64,000 bases of DNA from Myxococcales bacterium (GCA_007135085.1 SLJM01000154.1:293-64292), one strand, 5' to 3'; positions 44,811-54,679 are shown, numbered from the stretch's first letter. Program-made: numbers and translations. The notes: generated by a model not told the origin, from the letters alone.

Positions 44811-46772
44811 CTTGGGGGCCTGCTTACGGGCGCGTTTTTCGGCGAGGATGATGATTCGCGGGCTCGATGCTCCCAGGAAGTATCCCTTGTGATGGCGAGC
44901 ACCACTGACCTCGAGAACCTTGAACCCGGCGACGTGAAGCATCTGACGAAGTTCGTGAACGTTGTAGAGCCGGATATAACTGGTGTGCTCCATCGGCGGG
45001 CTGCCGTCTTCGTAGATATAGGAGCGCTGAGCCTGAAGGGTGCTGGTCTGATAATCGAACTCGCTCTCCTCCAAAAAGATGCATCCTTTCCCCTCCCACC
45101 ACAGACGGGTCGGCGTCTGGCGCACCACATAATCGCGGTTGACGACATCCACCAACAGACGTCCCCCGGTTTTCAGGGATCGATGGATGCCCTTGAGCAC
45201 ACGCAGATTGGTCCGATCATCAAAATATCCAAGAGAGGTGTCCCAGACGAAGCACCCATCAAACATGCCCGAGAATTTGAGATCCCGCATATCGCCGCGG
45301 ATGAACTTGACGTTCAAAGATCGGTTTGTCGCTTCTTCGAGGGCGCGCTCCAGAAGGGGACGCGACAGGTCGAGGCCGACCATTTCGTAGCCCCGCTCAC
45401 ATAATTCGACGGAATGACGGCCGAATCCGCAGGCCAGATCGAGAATCCGAGACTTCTTTTTGAGCTTTAAGCTCGCCTCAATAAAGTCGGCATCCTTACT
45501 GGTGATCGATGCAATATTGGATGGAACCGTGCGTAGATACTCTTTACTGAAGACCTTCTCAAACCACACATCCTGCGGTCTGACGGGCCGCTTTTTCTGC
45601 TGTTTCTTTTTCTTCTGCTCTCGCTCCTCCTCGAGGAGTTCCTCCACCAGCCCTCGCATATCGTCATCACCGGCACCGGCGCCGGCGGCTCTGGCCGGTT
45701 CTGGTTCTTTTTTCTTCTCTTTTGGGGCTTGTTCTGGCCTGGCAGGCTCTTCAGACTTGGGCGGCAGGTCGGCTGGCGGTGCAGGTTTCTCCGGCGGAGC
45801 CGGCTTGGCTGGCCCCTTCGGTTCGACGTCTTCATCGTCGAGCTCGATGAGCTCCTCGTCGAGTTCGACCGATTCGTATTCCTCATCCTCTTCGTCGGCC
45901 TCCAGCAGCTCTTCGTCGATCTCGATCTTGCTGGTCACAGGCCCCATGGCCGGGGTTTCGGGCATGGTCTCCGGCATGGAGGCGCTTTTGTCTTCCGATT
46001 TGGCGTCGATGGCCACCGCCTCCAGGGCCGCATCGTCGAGCTCCATCGGCTCTTCCGAATCCTCGGCGATCGACTCCGGTACTTCTTCATCGCCCGCCGA
46101 GGGAGCCTCATCCTGCGGCCGAGATGGCGGGGGTCCCTCGCTGGTCGGTGTGTTCGCAGCGCTCGGTTCCCCGACGATGCGTTCGACGCTGCCCGGCAAC
46201 CCCTCGCGCCATTTCTTGACCAGCACCCGAGGCTGGCAGGCGACAATCTCGGGGGCAAATCGGGCGTCACCTAATATGGGAAGTTCATCCTCTTCGTCTT
46301 CGCTGCCCAGCGCCTCGATAGCCTCCCGATCGAAGGCGTCCATCTGGATGGTCTTGACCATGGACTGCCGATCGTATCCCTGCTCCCCGCCGTCTTCATC
46401 TTCGCTGTCGAGGGGCTCCTCGTCGTCGACCATTTCTTCATCGCCCCCTGCTGTCTCGACTTCTTCGACCGCCCCATCTTGGGATTGACCATCCACGGCC
46501 GCCGCTTCCTCGAGAGCTTCCTTGGAGAGACGTTGAGTCGTCGGCTCTTCGTCGGCAGGCTCTTCGGCGGTCCCATCGTGTTGCTCGGGCACCTTGAACT
46601 CCGGCATCTCGAGCCCCATGCCCTCCAGGGTTTCTCCTTCGTCTGACTCGTGAGCACTATGCTCACTGTCGACGGTCCTTACTTCTTCGGTCAACTCAAT
46701 GACGTCACTCTCTTCTTCGAGCGCAGTCACTCCAGGCGGGGTGTTATCAGCTGATTCTGCCACGAGATTCAA
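44802..46772 (-). CDS. class I SAM-dependent methyltransferase with a ~400-aa poly-acidic disordered N-terminal region
   Basis: The C-terminal ~250 aa carry motif I ILDLACGFGRHSVELCERGYEMVGLDLS and post-I/II elements. The N-terminus is dominated by D/E/P/A low-complexity sequence. Confidence 0.75.
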   Translation of the reverse strand: MNLVAESADNTPPGVTALEEESDVIELTEEVRTVDSEHSAHESDEGETLEGMGLEMPEFKVPEQHDGTAEEPADEEPTTQRLSKEALEEAAAVDGQSQDGAVEEVETAGGDEEMVDDEEPLDSEDEDGGEQGYDRQSMVKTIQMDAFDREAIEALGSEDEEDELPILGDARFAPEIVACQPRVLVKKWREGLPGSVERIVGEPSAANTPTSEGPPPSRPQDEAPSAGDEEVPESIAEDSEEPMELDDAALEAVAIDAKSEDKSASMPETMPETPAMGPVTSKIEIDEELLEADEEDEEYESVELDEELIELDDEDVEPKGPAKPAPPEKPAPPADLPPKSEEPARPEQAPKEKKKEPEPARAAGAGAGDDDMRGLVEELLEEEREQKKKKQQKKRPVRPQDVWFEKVFSKEYLRTVPSNIASITSKDADFIEASLKLKKKSRILDLACGFGRHSVELCERGYEMVGLDLSRPLLERALEEATNRSLNVKFIRGDMRDLKFSGMFDGCFVWDTSLGYFDDRTNLRVLKGIHRSLKTGGRLLVDVVNRDYVVRQTPTRLWWEGKGCIFLEESEFDYQTSTLQAQRSYIYEDGSPPMEHTSYIRLYNVHELRQMLHVAGFKVLEVSGARHHKGYFLGASSPRIIILAEKRARKQAPKKK

Positions 46773-47045
46773 CTCCTCAATTCATCGAGCATCCACCACA
46801 CCATTACACGCGGCGGGGATAGGATCTGACCAAGGTATAGGCCAGCCGATGCCGAAGACCATCGACCTAATTCGCTTCGCCCCAGAGTGTACCGCAGCGG
46901 CCAATGGCTCACAAGGGATGGCATACCATTGAGTGCGATCGGTTTCCGCCGGCAGTCTGATGATTTTCCTGAGACCGACGTCAGAAATTACCGCTCAAGG
47001 CGGATCATACTCCATACCATTGACCATGGCTTGTTTTGACGACCT

Positions 47046-48002
47046 TCAGTTCAGGGGTGAGCGCGAGAGACGCTCGGCCAGGCTGGTGTAGGCGGCGCTG
47101 ATCTGGTCGTCCGTCATTTGCTGGAGGCGCTCAAGAACCCGTTGCCTGGCCTCGGCCGCTCCCGCCAGATGCAGGCTCTTTTCGATTTCTGTGCGAAGTG
47201 AAGCCGGCACCTCCCCATAGAGCTCGACCAGATTGGCGATGATCCGACTCTGCCCTTTGGCTCCTGTCTTTGCCCGCGGCGCTAGGTCCGAGGTCTGCCA
47301 GGCCCATTGATTAGCCCAATCACCAAGGGAGCGAATGGCCAGTCGTCGCAACTCGAGATCATCGCCGTCGACCGCCACTTCGAGCAAATATTCCAGGGCC
47401 GTCGAGCGCCGCGCCTGCCCCAGGCCGGCCACGATTGATTGGCGCTTCTGCTCCTCGTCACGGGCCAGCTCAATCGCAGTTTCGATGGCTGCCACATCAC
47501 CGGTTCGCCCCAGAGCCGATGTAGCGGTTTGATGGGTCGCTCCCAGCGGATCCGGTCCTTCCAGAATCGAGATCAGCACGGGGATGCTGCGCTCATCGCG
47601 ATGCCGTCCCACCGCTTCCAACAGCCCTACTCGCCAGGTCACCCAACCGCGCAATCCCATCTGCTCGGCGAAGGGATCGTCTGCCACCAATGCCCATAAC
47701 ATGGGCAGCAGCCCCTCATCACCGAGCCCCTTCAAAACGCGGGCGGGGCTCATCTCCCGTTGAGCGCCAGCGGTCTCCCAGTCGCGCACCAGCTGGCGCA
47801 CCGCGTCGAGACGGGCAAATATGCGGGGATCGTCACGCCACAACTCGTGGAGATCGTCGGCGATCGCCTCCAACTCCGGATGGGCACCGAAGTCGGGTGC
47901 CTTCGCCCCCTGCTGGGCCCATGCCGAAGAAACCAGCAAAAATGAGCCCACCACAAGAGCAATCAAAAATAGGGAAAGCCGCCATCGCATTACGCTCATC
48001 AT
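47046..48002 (-). CDS. secreted HEAT (PBS-lyase type) repeat protein
   Basis: Signal peptide MMSVMRWRLSLFLIALVVGSFLLVSSAWAQQ. Repeats of the type ...ALGRTGDVAAIETAIELARDEE... and ...RRLAIRSLGDWAN. AAGGAG RBS. Its ATG overlaps the upstream stop (ATGA at 47999-48002). Confidence 0.6.
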   Translation of the reverse strand: MMSVMRWRLSLFLIALVVGSFLLVSSAWAQQGAKAPDFGAHPELEAIADDLHELWRDDPRIFARLDAVRQLVRDWETAGAQREMSPARVLKGLGDEGLLPMLWALVADDPFAEQMGLRGWVTWRVGLLEAVGRHRDERSIPVLISILEGPDPLGATHQTATSALGRTGDVAAIETAIELARDEEQKRQSIVAGLGQARRSTALEYLLEVAVDGDDLELRRLAIRSLGDWANQWAWQTSDLAPRAKTGAKGQSRIIANLVELYGEVPASLRTEIEKSLHLAGAAEARQRVLERLQQMTDDQISAAYTSLAERLSRSPLN

Positions 48003-50059
48003 TGTCCCAGCTCCTTTTCCCACCAGGGTGTGGCCGGCAGTTGTCTTCTCGTATTCGATCCGCAATGCACCTGGCCCACACCGACGTGATAGGGCTCCCA
48101 GGTCTCGATCCAATGCACGTCAATTCCCAGCGGATTGAGAAGTCCTTCCACGTCGTCGATGAAGACATCCCGGCCATCGACGCGGGGGCCGTGGGGATCG
48201 GGAGCACCGAAGACATTGGGGCCGAGGCTGATTCCGTTGATGATCCCCGGCTGGTAGGCCAGGCTTCCTCGCCCGGAATCTTCATGAAGAAAGGCGATCG
48301 GCACCAGATCTGCTTCGGTCAAACCGATCTCACTCTTCAGCACGTCCACCTGAGCATCGACCTCCACTGCAGCTCGCGCAGAAGCGGCCATGATATCCTC
48401 GTCGTCCAGAACCTCGGAGACCGTCCGTTGCGCCGGCGTCGGTGGCGGGCAATCCCACCCTCCCCCGGTCCAGACACAATCGTCATAGTTGGGATAATAG
48501 CGATCGTCGAAGAGGGTGGCCCCCCCTTCGCCGAGATCGTCACGCAGATGCTCGAGGATCTCTTTTGCCCGCAGCGGATCGTTATATAAAAGCGACCAAC
48601 CCCGATCGGTATCGGTCTCGACGAAACTGACGGTCTCATCGACGTGGGCTACCAATAGCCATGCCGTATCGAGCCAGATCAGCGGTTGTTTTTGTTGGGC
48701 GTCGATCAGATTCGACAGCGTCGGATCGGGGCGCACGTTGGGGTCTTGCCCGCGTCCCCGATAGACCCGTCCCAGTGGATAGGTCGCTCCATCGGGAGCG
48801 GTATGAGGAGGAGTGGTCTCCGTATTACCGAAGGAATCCAACGTATCCGAATCGAAGACCCGATTCACCAATTGGGCCACCTCCGGGTATTCATGCTGAC
48901 TATTCATCCCATATAGGTAGGAGACCACGTCGTCCACATCGAGGCCTTCCGTATCGACTGGATCAAAGCCCTTGTCCGGATCATAGACGGCCATGGCCGC
49001 CATACTGGGCCCGTGGAATTGGGAGTAAATCACACGCCCCGCCTCACGCAACAACGGCGGAAGCGATTCCCCCTGGACCTGGTAGAGTCGCTCGAAGACC
49101 TCTTCCAATGAGCCGGGATAGCTGAGGTTCGCGCTGCGAAAGCTCAAGGCAATCACCCGCGGTCCATCTGGCGCCGGCATGGCCATATAACCAGTGAGCA
49201 GATAATCCTGGATCCAGGGATCGAAGGTATTGAATAATTCCAGGCCCCCCTCGACGCCGGCAGCATCGGTGGTGGCCTGCAGATCGTCGACGAACTCCTG
49301 GTTTCGACTTCCCAGATCGACGGCGTAGACCGCGCTGGCCTCAAATAAGTGGTGGGGAAATAATACGGGCGCCACGTCCATATGGGCCCGGTCGCTGACG
49401 GTGCGGTCCAATTCGGGGATATGAATCTCCCAGGTCAGCTCCACCCTTCCATCCCACTCCTCGCGATCGAGGACTACCGACAGGCCTTCGATGCCAAATT
49501 CCACCCCTTTCTCAAGGAGCTCGGCTTCCACCCTATCTTCGTCGGGATCGAAAGGAACGAAGCCGTCCACTCCCTTATCGTCGCCGTTGTTAATATAGAG
49601 GCGAACCTTGTCACGGGAAGCCTCGTCGACGCGCAATACGCCAAAGGTATTGGGCCCCACCCTGCCGGAGGGAGCGGTCTTGATGCGCCCCAGATCGGCC
49701 AGATCTGCTTGATTGCTGAGGCCTGGCTCGGCGGCGTCAAAACATGCCTCCAGCTCGGCGTCCGCCCCCAAGGGCGGACAGGCCTGGCCGTCATCATCGA
49801 GATTGGCCAAAAATAAAGCGCCATAACCGGGCTCCGGATCATGGCGCTGTGTCAGGTCGACCGGATCGTCGAGGTCGACGATCCCATCGCGACTGGCATC
49901 GACGACGACCAGAGTCGTCGGCGTGGGATCATAGAATTCACCATCGTCGCCCAGATAGAAGATGGGATCGTCATAATCGACGAGATCCACCTCCCCGCTG
50001 CAGGCAAAGGCAGTGGCCACCAATGCCGCCAGGGCGACCAGATTGGTTCTTTTCCTCAC
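47999..50059 (-). CDS. exported (lipoprotein-signal) protein-arginine deiminase, eukaryote/cyanobacterial PAD family
   Basis: Motifs PWIQDYLLTGY, DSFGNTETTPP...YPLGRV and AHVDETVSF, plus C-terminal GQVHCGSNTRR with the Cys codon at 48062-48064. The likely start is GTG 50059, preceded by a GGAGA RBS. It gives VRKRTNLVALAALVATAFAC (lipobox AFAC). The ORF-track ATG at 50134 is an alternative start. Confidence 0.8.
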   Translation of the reverse strand: MRKRTNLVALAALVATAFACSGEVDLVDYDDPIFYLGDDGEFYDPTPTTLVVVDASRDGIVDLDDPVDLTQRHDPEPGYGALFLANLDDDGQACPPLGADAELEACFDAAEPGLSNQADLADLGRIKTAPSGRVGPNTFGVLRVDEASRDKVRLYINNGDDKGVDGFVPFDPDEDRVEAELLEKGVEFGIEGLSVVLDREEWDGRVELTWEIHIPELDRTVSDRAHMDVAPVLFPHHLFEASAVYAVDLGSRNQEFVDDLQATTDAAGVEGGLELFNTFDPWIQDYLLTGYMAMPAPDGPRVIALSFRSANLSYPGSLEEVFERLYQVQGESLPPLLREAGRVIYSQFHGPSMAAMAVYDPDKGFDPVDTEGLDVDDVVSYLYGMNSQHEYPEVAQLVNRVFDSDTLDSFGNTETTPPHTAPDGATYPLGRVYRGRGQDPNVRPDPTLSNLIDAQQKQPLIWLDTAWLLVAHVDETVSFVETDTDRGWSLLYNDPLRAKEILEHLRDDLGEGGATLFDDRYYPNYDDCVWTGGGWDCPPPTPAQRTVSEVLDDEDIMAASARAAVEVDAQVDVLKSEIGLTEADLVPIAFLHEDSGRGSLAYQPGIINGISLGPNVFGAPDPHGPRVDGRDVFIDDVEGLLNPLGIDVHWIETWEPYHVGVGQVHCGSNTRRQLPATPWWEKELGQ

Positions 50060-50130
50060 GGATTCTCCGTAGAAACAAGCATCAGAATGGCATCGAAACA
50101 TCAAGAGCCTAATCAGCGCCTTTCGGCCTG

Positions 50131-50982
50131 TCAAACACGTCCCAGCTCCTCTCCCATCTGTAAGAGCTCTCCCCCAATGAGCCCCTGCCCAAATGCAAAC
50201 TCCCCTGATTCCACCAGCACGATCACCGTCGACCCAAGGTTAAAAACAGCCAGCTCGTCGCCCTGTGAGAACTCAAACTCCTGCTCTGGACGAAACTCTC
50301 GTCGCCGGCGAAAACCGCTGTTCGTACTCAGCGCAGCAAAACTCAGCGAAATGCGGCCCACGCAGGTGGCGCCCACCTTGATGACGGCCACACGGCCCAG
50401 CTGCGGCGACTCCAGATAGGTGATGAGCCGCTCGTTGACCGCGAAGAGCTCGTCGATATTTTCCACGGCGAAGGGATTGACCGGAAAGAGGTGCCCCGGG
50501 ATATAGCTGATCTTGTCCACCCTGCCCTGCACGGGGCAATGGATACGATGGTAGTCCCGAGGTGATAGATAGATCGTGGCGTAGCTTCCGCCACGGAAGT
50601 GTTGCTCTTCTTCGGCGCTGTCCACCAGATCCAGGAGGCGATAGTCTCGGCCCTTGGCCTGAAAGAGGGTCCCCTCTTCGATGGCACCGAAAGCCCCGAG
50701 ACGTCCGTCGACGGGGCTAACGGCCACCTGGGGTTCCTGGGCCTCCACGGTGCGCGCTCCCTGTCGCAAACGCCGTGTAAAAAAGGCGTTGAGGCTCTCA
50801 TACTCCTGGAGAGGCTTTTCGGCCTCCTGGGCATCGACCCCTGAAAAATGAACAAACGACCGGTTGACCACCTGTTGTACCGGCGAGGGAAATTCCACCT
50901 CGCTGATCACACCGAAGGCTCGGCTGATGGCATTTTTAGGCAATCGCTTCAATAGGCCGACGGCGAGATCGGACTTCTTCAT
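50131..50982 (-). CDS. psd: phosphatidylserine decarboxylase proenzyme
   Basis: Self-cleavage motif FNLGSTVIVL, core YATIYLSPRDYHRIHCP, GAGGAG RBS before ATG 50982. Confidence 0.9.
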   Translation of the reverse strand: MKKSDLAVGLLKRLPKNAISRAFGVISEVEFPSPVQQVVNRSFVHFSGVDAQEAEKPLQEYESLNAFFTRRLRQGARTVEAQEPQVAVSPVDGRLGAFGAIEEGTLFQAKGRDYRLLDLVDSAEEEQHFRGGSYATIYLSPRDYHRIHCPVQGRVDKISYIPGHLFPVNPFAVENIDELFAVNERLITYLESPQLGRVAVIKVGATCVGRISLSFAALSTNSGFRRRREFRPEQEFEFSQGDELAVFNLGSTVIVLVESGEFAFGQGLIGGELLQMGEELGRV

Positions 50983-51180
50983 TAGACGCTCCTCTACAGC
51001 TTGCCTTCTGATTTCGTGTAGCCTGAAGAGATTCGGGCCCTTATTGGCCTGGCCCCACAGGGGGCTTATCATTGACCGAAGCACCGGGGATTCGTCAACG
51101 TCGGGAATCCACCTCCCCTATTCCGGTGTTTAAGTTTTTTGTATGAGTCGTCACTGATTGTCCTCACATCGGAGCCCGCT

Positions 51181-51369
51181 ATGCGCCGTACGGAACTGAC
51201 CAAACAAAACGCCAAGAAAAAAGGCTACGCCGCCCTAGGTTCTGCGGCGACCACCGCCTTTTTATGCATGGCCCTGACCCCTGCCCTTTTGCTCGTCGGT
51301 GGTCCGATCACGCTGTGGCTGACCTACCGGTGGTTCCAATACCGAGCCGAATGGGGCATTCGTTTCTAA
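51181..51369 (+). CDS. possible small membrane protein (62 aa)
   Basis: Two hydrophobic stretches (AALGSAATTAFLCMAL, ALLLVGGPITLWL). No recognisable family and no clear RBS. Confidence 0.25.
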   Translation: MRRTELTKQNAKKKGYAALGSAATTAFLCMALTPALLLVGGPITLWLTYRWFQYRAEWGIRF

Positions 51370-51409
51370 TAAGGTGATTTAAAAACCTGCGCTCACCGCC
51401 GCCGGAGAG

Positions 51410-51439
51410 TTGCGCCCGCCGCGAAAACTCCCCTATAAT
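51410..51439 (+). promoter_or_regulatory. candidate sigma70 promoter
   Basis: TTGCGC at 51410-51415, 18 nt spacer, TATAAT at 51434-51439, 47 nt upstream of ATG 51487. Confidence 0.35.
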
Positions 51440-51486
51440 CGCGCCGCAACGATCTGAAGAAATTCCCTGGCAGGCGGGTAGAGTTC

Positions 51487-53151
51487 ATGACGCGTTATTT
51501 CGGTATCCATACCCTGGAAGGAGAGTGGCATAGCCTCCTTCCGCGCTACGCATTACTTTCAGACCGAATCGAATCCAAGCAGATATTGGATATCGGCTGT
51601 GGCTCCGGGATCGGCTCCTCACTGCTGCTGGAGTTGGGCGCCCAGCGGGTCAACGCCATCGATCATCGTCCGGAAGTCCTGGAGCTGGCCCGAGTCAAAC
51701 ACGCCAAACAAGGGCTGGATTTCCACGTCATGTTCTGGGAGGAGCTCGATTTCCCAGACGACTCCTTCGACATGGTCCTATGCCTCGATCCCTCCTCACC
51801 GGTCACCGATCCCTCATTGCTGCGAGAGATCAAGCGAGTCCTTCGACCGGGCGGCGAATATGTCTGCGCCATCGAACGACGCAACGTCGAGGGCATGGAG
51901 AGCCTGCTGCCCCGTTATGGATATTCCAGCGCCGGTGAAGATCTGGAGCTGACCGGCACCGGGGAGAGAGTGCCCCAGCTCGGCGAATTGGAGCAACTCT
52001 TCGAGACCATCGTCTCCGTGGTCCAACGGCCCCGCTATAGCTTCGTCTTCGATTATGCCCCTGAAGACGAGGCGATGCATACCATGCGCCGAAGCTCGGC
52101 CAGCGCCGACGAAAGCGGCCTCTGGGTCGGTGAAAACCCCCATCCCGAAGACGGTTCGGCAGAGCAGACCGACAATCGCCCGGGCCGGTGGATAAGCATC
52201 GATCGGCGGCTGACGGCTAAAGAAGGAGAGTCTGCGGCTGTGGAACTGCTCTTCTGCGGTGACGAACATATGCCGCCGCCGACCCTTCGAGAGATCCAGA
52301 TGCCCTACCGGGGCCTTGTCGATCGGCTCCACCAGCTCTTCTCAGATCTACAACTTCGCCAACACCCCGATCAGCGCGGGTGGGCCTCTGAGGACGACGG
52401 CACGAACAATCAATTTATGGAGCGCGAGAGAACCTCGGAATTCCGCTCCCCACCGCTGGCTCAAGGATCGGGACAGCGCCGTGAGGGACCGGCTCGCACC
52501 TCCCTTCATTATCGCACCGGCGGGGTGAGCACCCACGTGGAGCCCGCCCCCAGCGGCGAATGGCATCACGTGCGAGAGCAGCTCGACCGCATGACCCGGC
52601 TCTACGAGGAAGTGCGCACTCAGATGGAAGATCTCTTCGTCCACACCCGCCAGGAGATCGAACAGCGCGATCGCTATATCGAGCAGCTCGTCGACACGGT
52701 CCATCATCAACGCCATCAGTCAGCCCCCGTCGACGAGACCACCGCCGGAGATGACGAGGCGCCGGCCGATCCCTTCGAACGGACCAAGACCAATATTTAC
52801 CGCCGTGAGGATGTGGCCACAGCGTTGAACTCCAGCACCGACCAGCCGCTACAGGAAGAAGAAGAAGAATCGGAGCCGATGACCACGCAATTCGTCGTCG
52901 ACGTCGACGGCTCACTCGACGAGGAATCAGAGCCGAAGACCAAGCGATTCGTCATCGACGACAGCGAGGTGGATCAAAGCGAGGCCGAGGATACAGGGGA
53001 AGAAGAAGACGCCGAGTTCGAAGAAAATGGAGCCGACGACGGGATGGCTGAGGAATCGGAGCCTGAATCTGCTCCTGAAGTTGGTGAGGATGTGGAAGCT
53101 GACGACGGCGAAAATGTCGATGAGTCCGAAGTTACTGAAACCACCGAGTAA
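51487..53151 (+). CDS. class I SAM-dependent methyltransferase with a long coiled/acidic C-terminal extension
   Basis: N-terminal motif I ILDIGCGSGIGSSLLLELGAQRVNAIDHRPEVLELA and LRPGGEYV. The C-terminal ~350 aa are low complexity and end in a D/E-rich tail. Confidence 0.7.
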   Translation: MTRYFGIHTLEGEWHSLLPRYALLSDRIESKQILDIGCGSGIGSSLLLELGAQRVNAIDHRPEVLELARVKHAKQGLDFHVMFWEELDFPDDSFDMVLCLDPSSPVTDPSLLREIKRVLRPGGEYVCAIERRNVEGMESLLPRYGYSSAGEDLELTGTGERVPQLGELEQLFETIVSVVQRPRYSFVFDYAPEDEAMHTMRRSSASADESGLWVGENPHPEDGSAEQTDNRPGRWISIDRRLTAKEGESAAVELLFCGDEHMPPPTLREIQMPYRGLVDRLHQLFSDLQLRQHPDQRGWASEDDGTNNQFMERERTSEFRSPPLAQGSGQRREGPARTSLHYRTGGVSTHVEPAPSGEWHHVREQLDRMTRLYEEVRTQMEDLFVHTRQEIEQRDRYIEQLVDTVHHQRHQSAPVDETTAGDDEAPADPFERTKTNIYRREDVATALNSSTDQPLQEEEEESEPMTTQFVVDVDGSLDEESEPKTKRFVIDDSEVDQSEAEDTGEEEDAEFEENGADDGMAEESEPESAPEVGEDVEADDGENVDESEVTETTE

Positions 53152-53173
53152 AGATGTGAAGTGCTCTCGACCT

Positions 53174-54679
53174 ATGCTCCCCTCCGTGTGCCGGCGTGCT
53201 GCGCTGTTCTTGTGCACTCTGTCCATGATCGCTGCCTCAGCGATCATATTGAGCGCCGACCAGGCCGCCGCAGCGGGCTTTGAGGTCGGAGAAAACACGC
53301 CCCGCGCCCTGGCCCGCGGTGGTACGGGAGTGGTCAATACGGGCGATTCGTCAGCCCTTTATTTCAACCCTGCCCTTCTGTCGCGTGTCGACGGCGCTCA
53401 GGTATTGTTGAGCAGCAATATCCTCAATCTCGATGTGGAATTTCAACGAGACGACTTCTACGTCGAGCCCGGCGGGGAGCCGGACCGGGTCTTCGAACGG
53501 GCCACCAATCAAACCGGGCTCTTTCCGGCCCCCTTTCTGACGGCGAGCTTCAACATCACCGATGACTTCACCGTGGGAGCCGGACTCTTTGGTCCACCGG
53601 CCTACGGCAATCCCTGCTACGGCCCCATCGAGGACGGGGAATGTCAACTCGACCCCACGGGGGCTACACGAGGAATGGTCATCGAGGCCGATATGATCGT
53701 GGCCTACGGCTCGCTCGGCGCCGGATATGGAATTACTCTGGGCGACGATCGACGACTGGACGTCGGGTTGACCGCCGCCCTGGCCTACCAGCAAACGCAA
53801 TTTGCGGTCGTCGCCGACGCCCAATACCCCATCCAATCCCCCTGGGAGGAAGACCCCCATCACGAGGCCTACTTTCGCGGTGAAGATCTGTCGGGGATGG
53901 CCCCCACGGGGATTGTGGGGCTTGCCTATCAGGACGGACCACTTCGGCTGGCCCTGTCCTATCGGCCTCCGATCAGGTGGCGCACCACCGGGGAGGCAAA
54001 CGTGGAGTTCTCCCAATTTCTTCAGGATATGAACTCCGAGCTCACCGACGACACGATGTATCTCGAGACCTGGCAGGCCGGCTCCCTTCGCTTCGGGTGG
54101 GGCCTTCAGTGGGGCGAACATCCCGCCGATTCGCAACGCCCGCGCTGGGATCTGGAGATCAATACAATCTGGGAAAATTGGTCAGTGGTCGACAATTTCC
54201 AACTCGAATTCGATGGCGATATCTACGTCGACAATATCAACACCGAACTCCCCCTCCACCCGGTCTACCAGCGAAAGGGCTATCAGGACACGATCAGTAT
54301 TCGCACGGGGCTGAGCTATGGAGTCAACTCACGACTTACCGCCCACGGCGGGGCCTTCTTCGAGACCGCCGCCCAACCCGTGGCCTATACGTCGGCGGAC
54401 TTCGTCAGCTGGGAGCGATACTCGGCGAGTCTGGGAACCTCGATATACCTCCCCGCCAATATTACCCTCGATCTGGGCTATGCCTTTATCTATTCTCCTG
54501 ATCGGACCGTGCGAAATGGCCAGGTCTACAATCCGATTCCCATGAGTAACTGCCGAGGACCGGACTATAATGACAGCAGCTGCACCCAGCCTGGCCAACC
54601 CCCTGGCAATCCGCAAAATGAGGGCACCTGGCGTGCCAATTTTCAGATCTTCAGCGCCGGCCTGAGCTGGAATTATTAA
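53174..54679 (+). CDS. second FadL/OmpP1/TodX-family outer-membrane channel (start ATG 53174 or GTG 53156)
   Basis: Signal ...ILSADQAAAAGFEVGENTPRALARGGTGVVNTGDSSALYFNPALLS, beta-barrel strand pattern, C-terminal ...FSAGLSWNY. ORF-track start 53027 overlaps the upstream gene and was trimmed. Confidence 0.7.
   Translation: MLPSVCRRAALFLCTLSMIAASAIILSADQAAAAGFEVGENTPRALARGGTGVVNTGDSSALYFNPALLSRVDGAQVLLSSNILNLDVEFQRDDFYVEPGGEPDRVFERATNQTGLFPAPFLTASFNITDDFTVGAGLFGPPAYGNPCYGPIEDGECQLDPTGATRGMVIEADMIVAYGSLGAGYGITLGDDRRLDVGLTAALAYQQTQFAVVADAQYPIQSPWEEDPHHEAYFRGEDLSGMAPTGIVGLAYQDGPLRLALSYRPPIRWRTTGEANVEFSQFLQDMNSELTDDTMYLETWQAGSLRFGWGLQWGEHPADSQRPRWDLEINTIWENWSVVDNFQLEFDGDIYVDNINTELPLHPVYQRKGYQDTISIRTGLSYGVNSRLTAHGGAFFETAAQPVAYTSADFVSWERYSASLGTSIYLPANITLDLGYAFIYSPDRTVRNGQVYNPIPMSNCRGPDYNDSSCTQPGQPPGNPQNEGTWRANFQIFSAGLSWNY

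Noticed and set aside
45460-46488. A Ser-rich 342-aa plus-strand ORF, and the similar Ser/Ala-rich ORF at 1733-2296.
   Set aside because: These are antisense reflections of GAA/GAG/GAC-rich acidic regions, in the methyltransferase N-terminal region and the IF-2 N-terminal region respectively. They are not independent genes.
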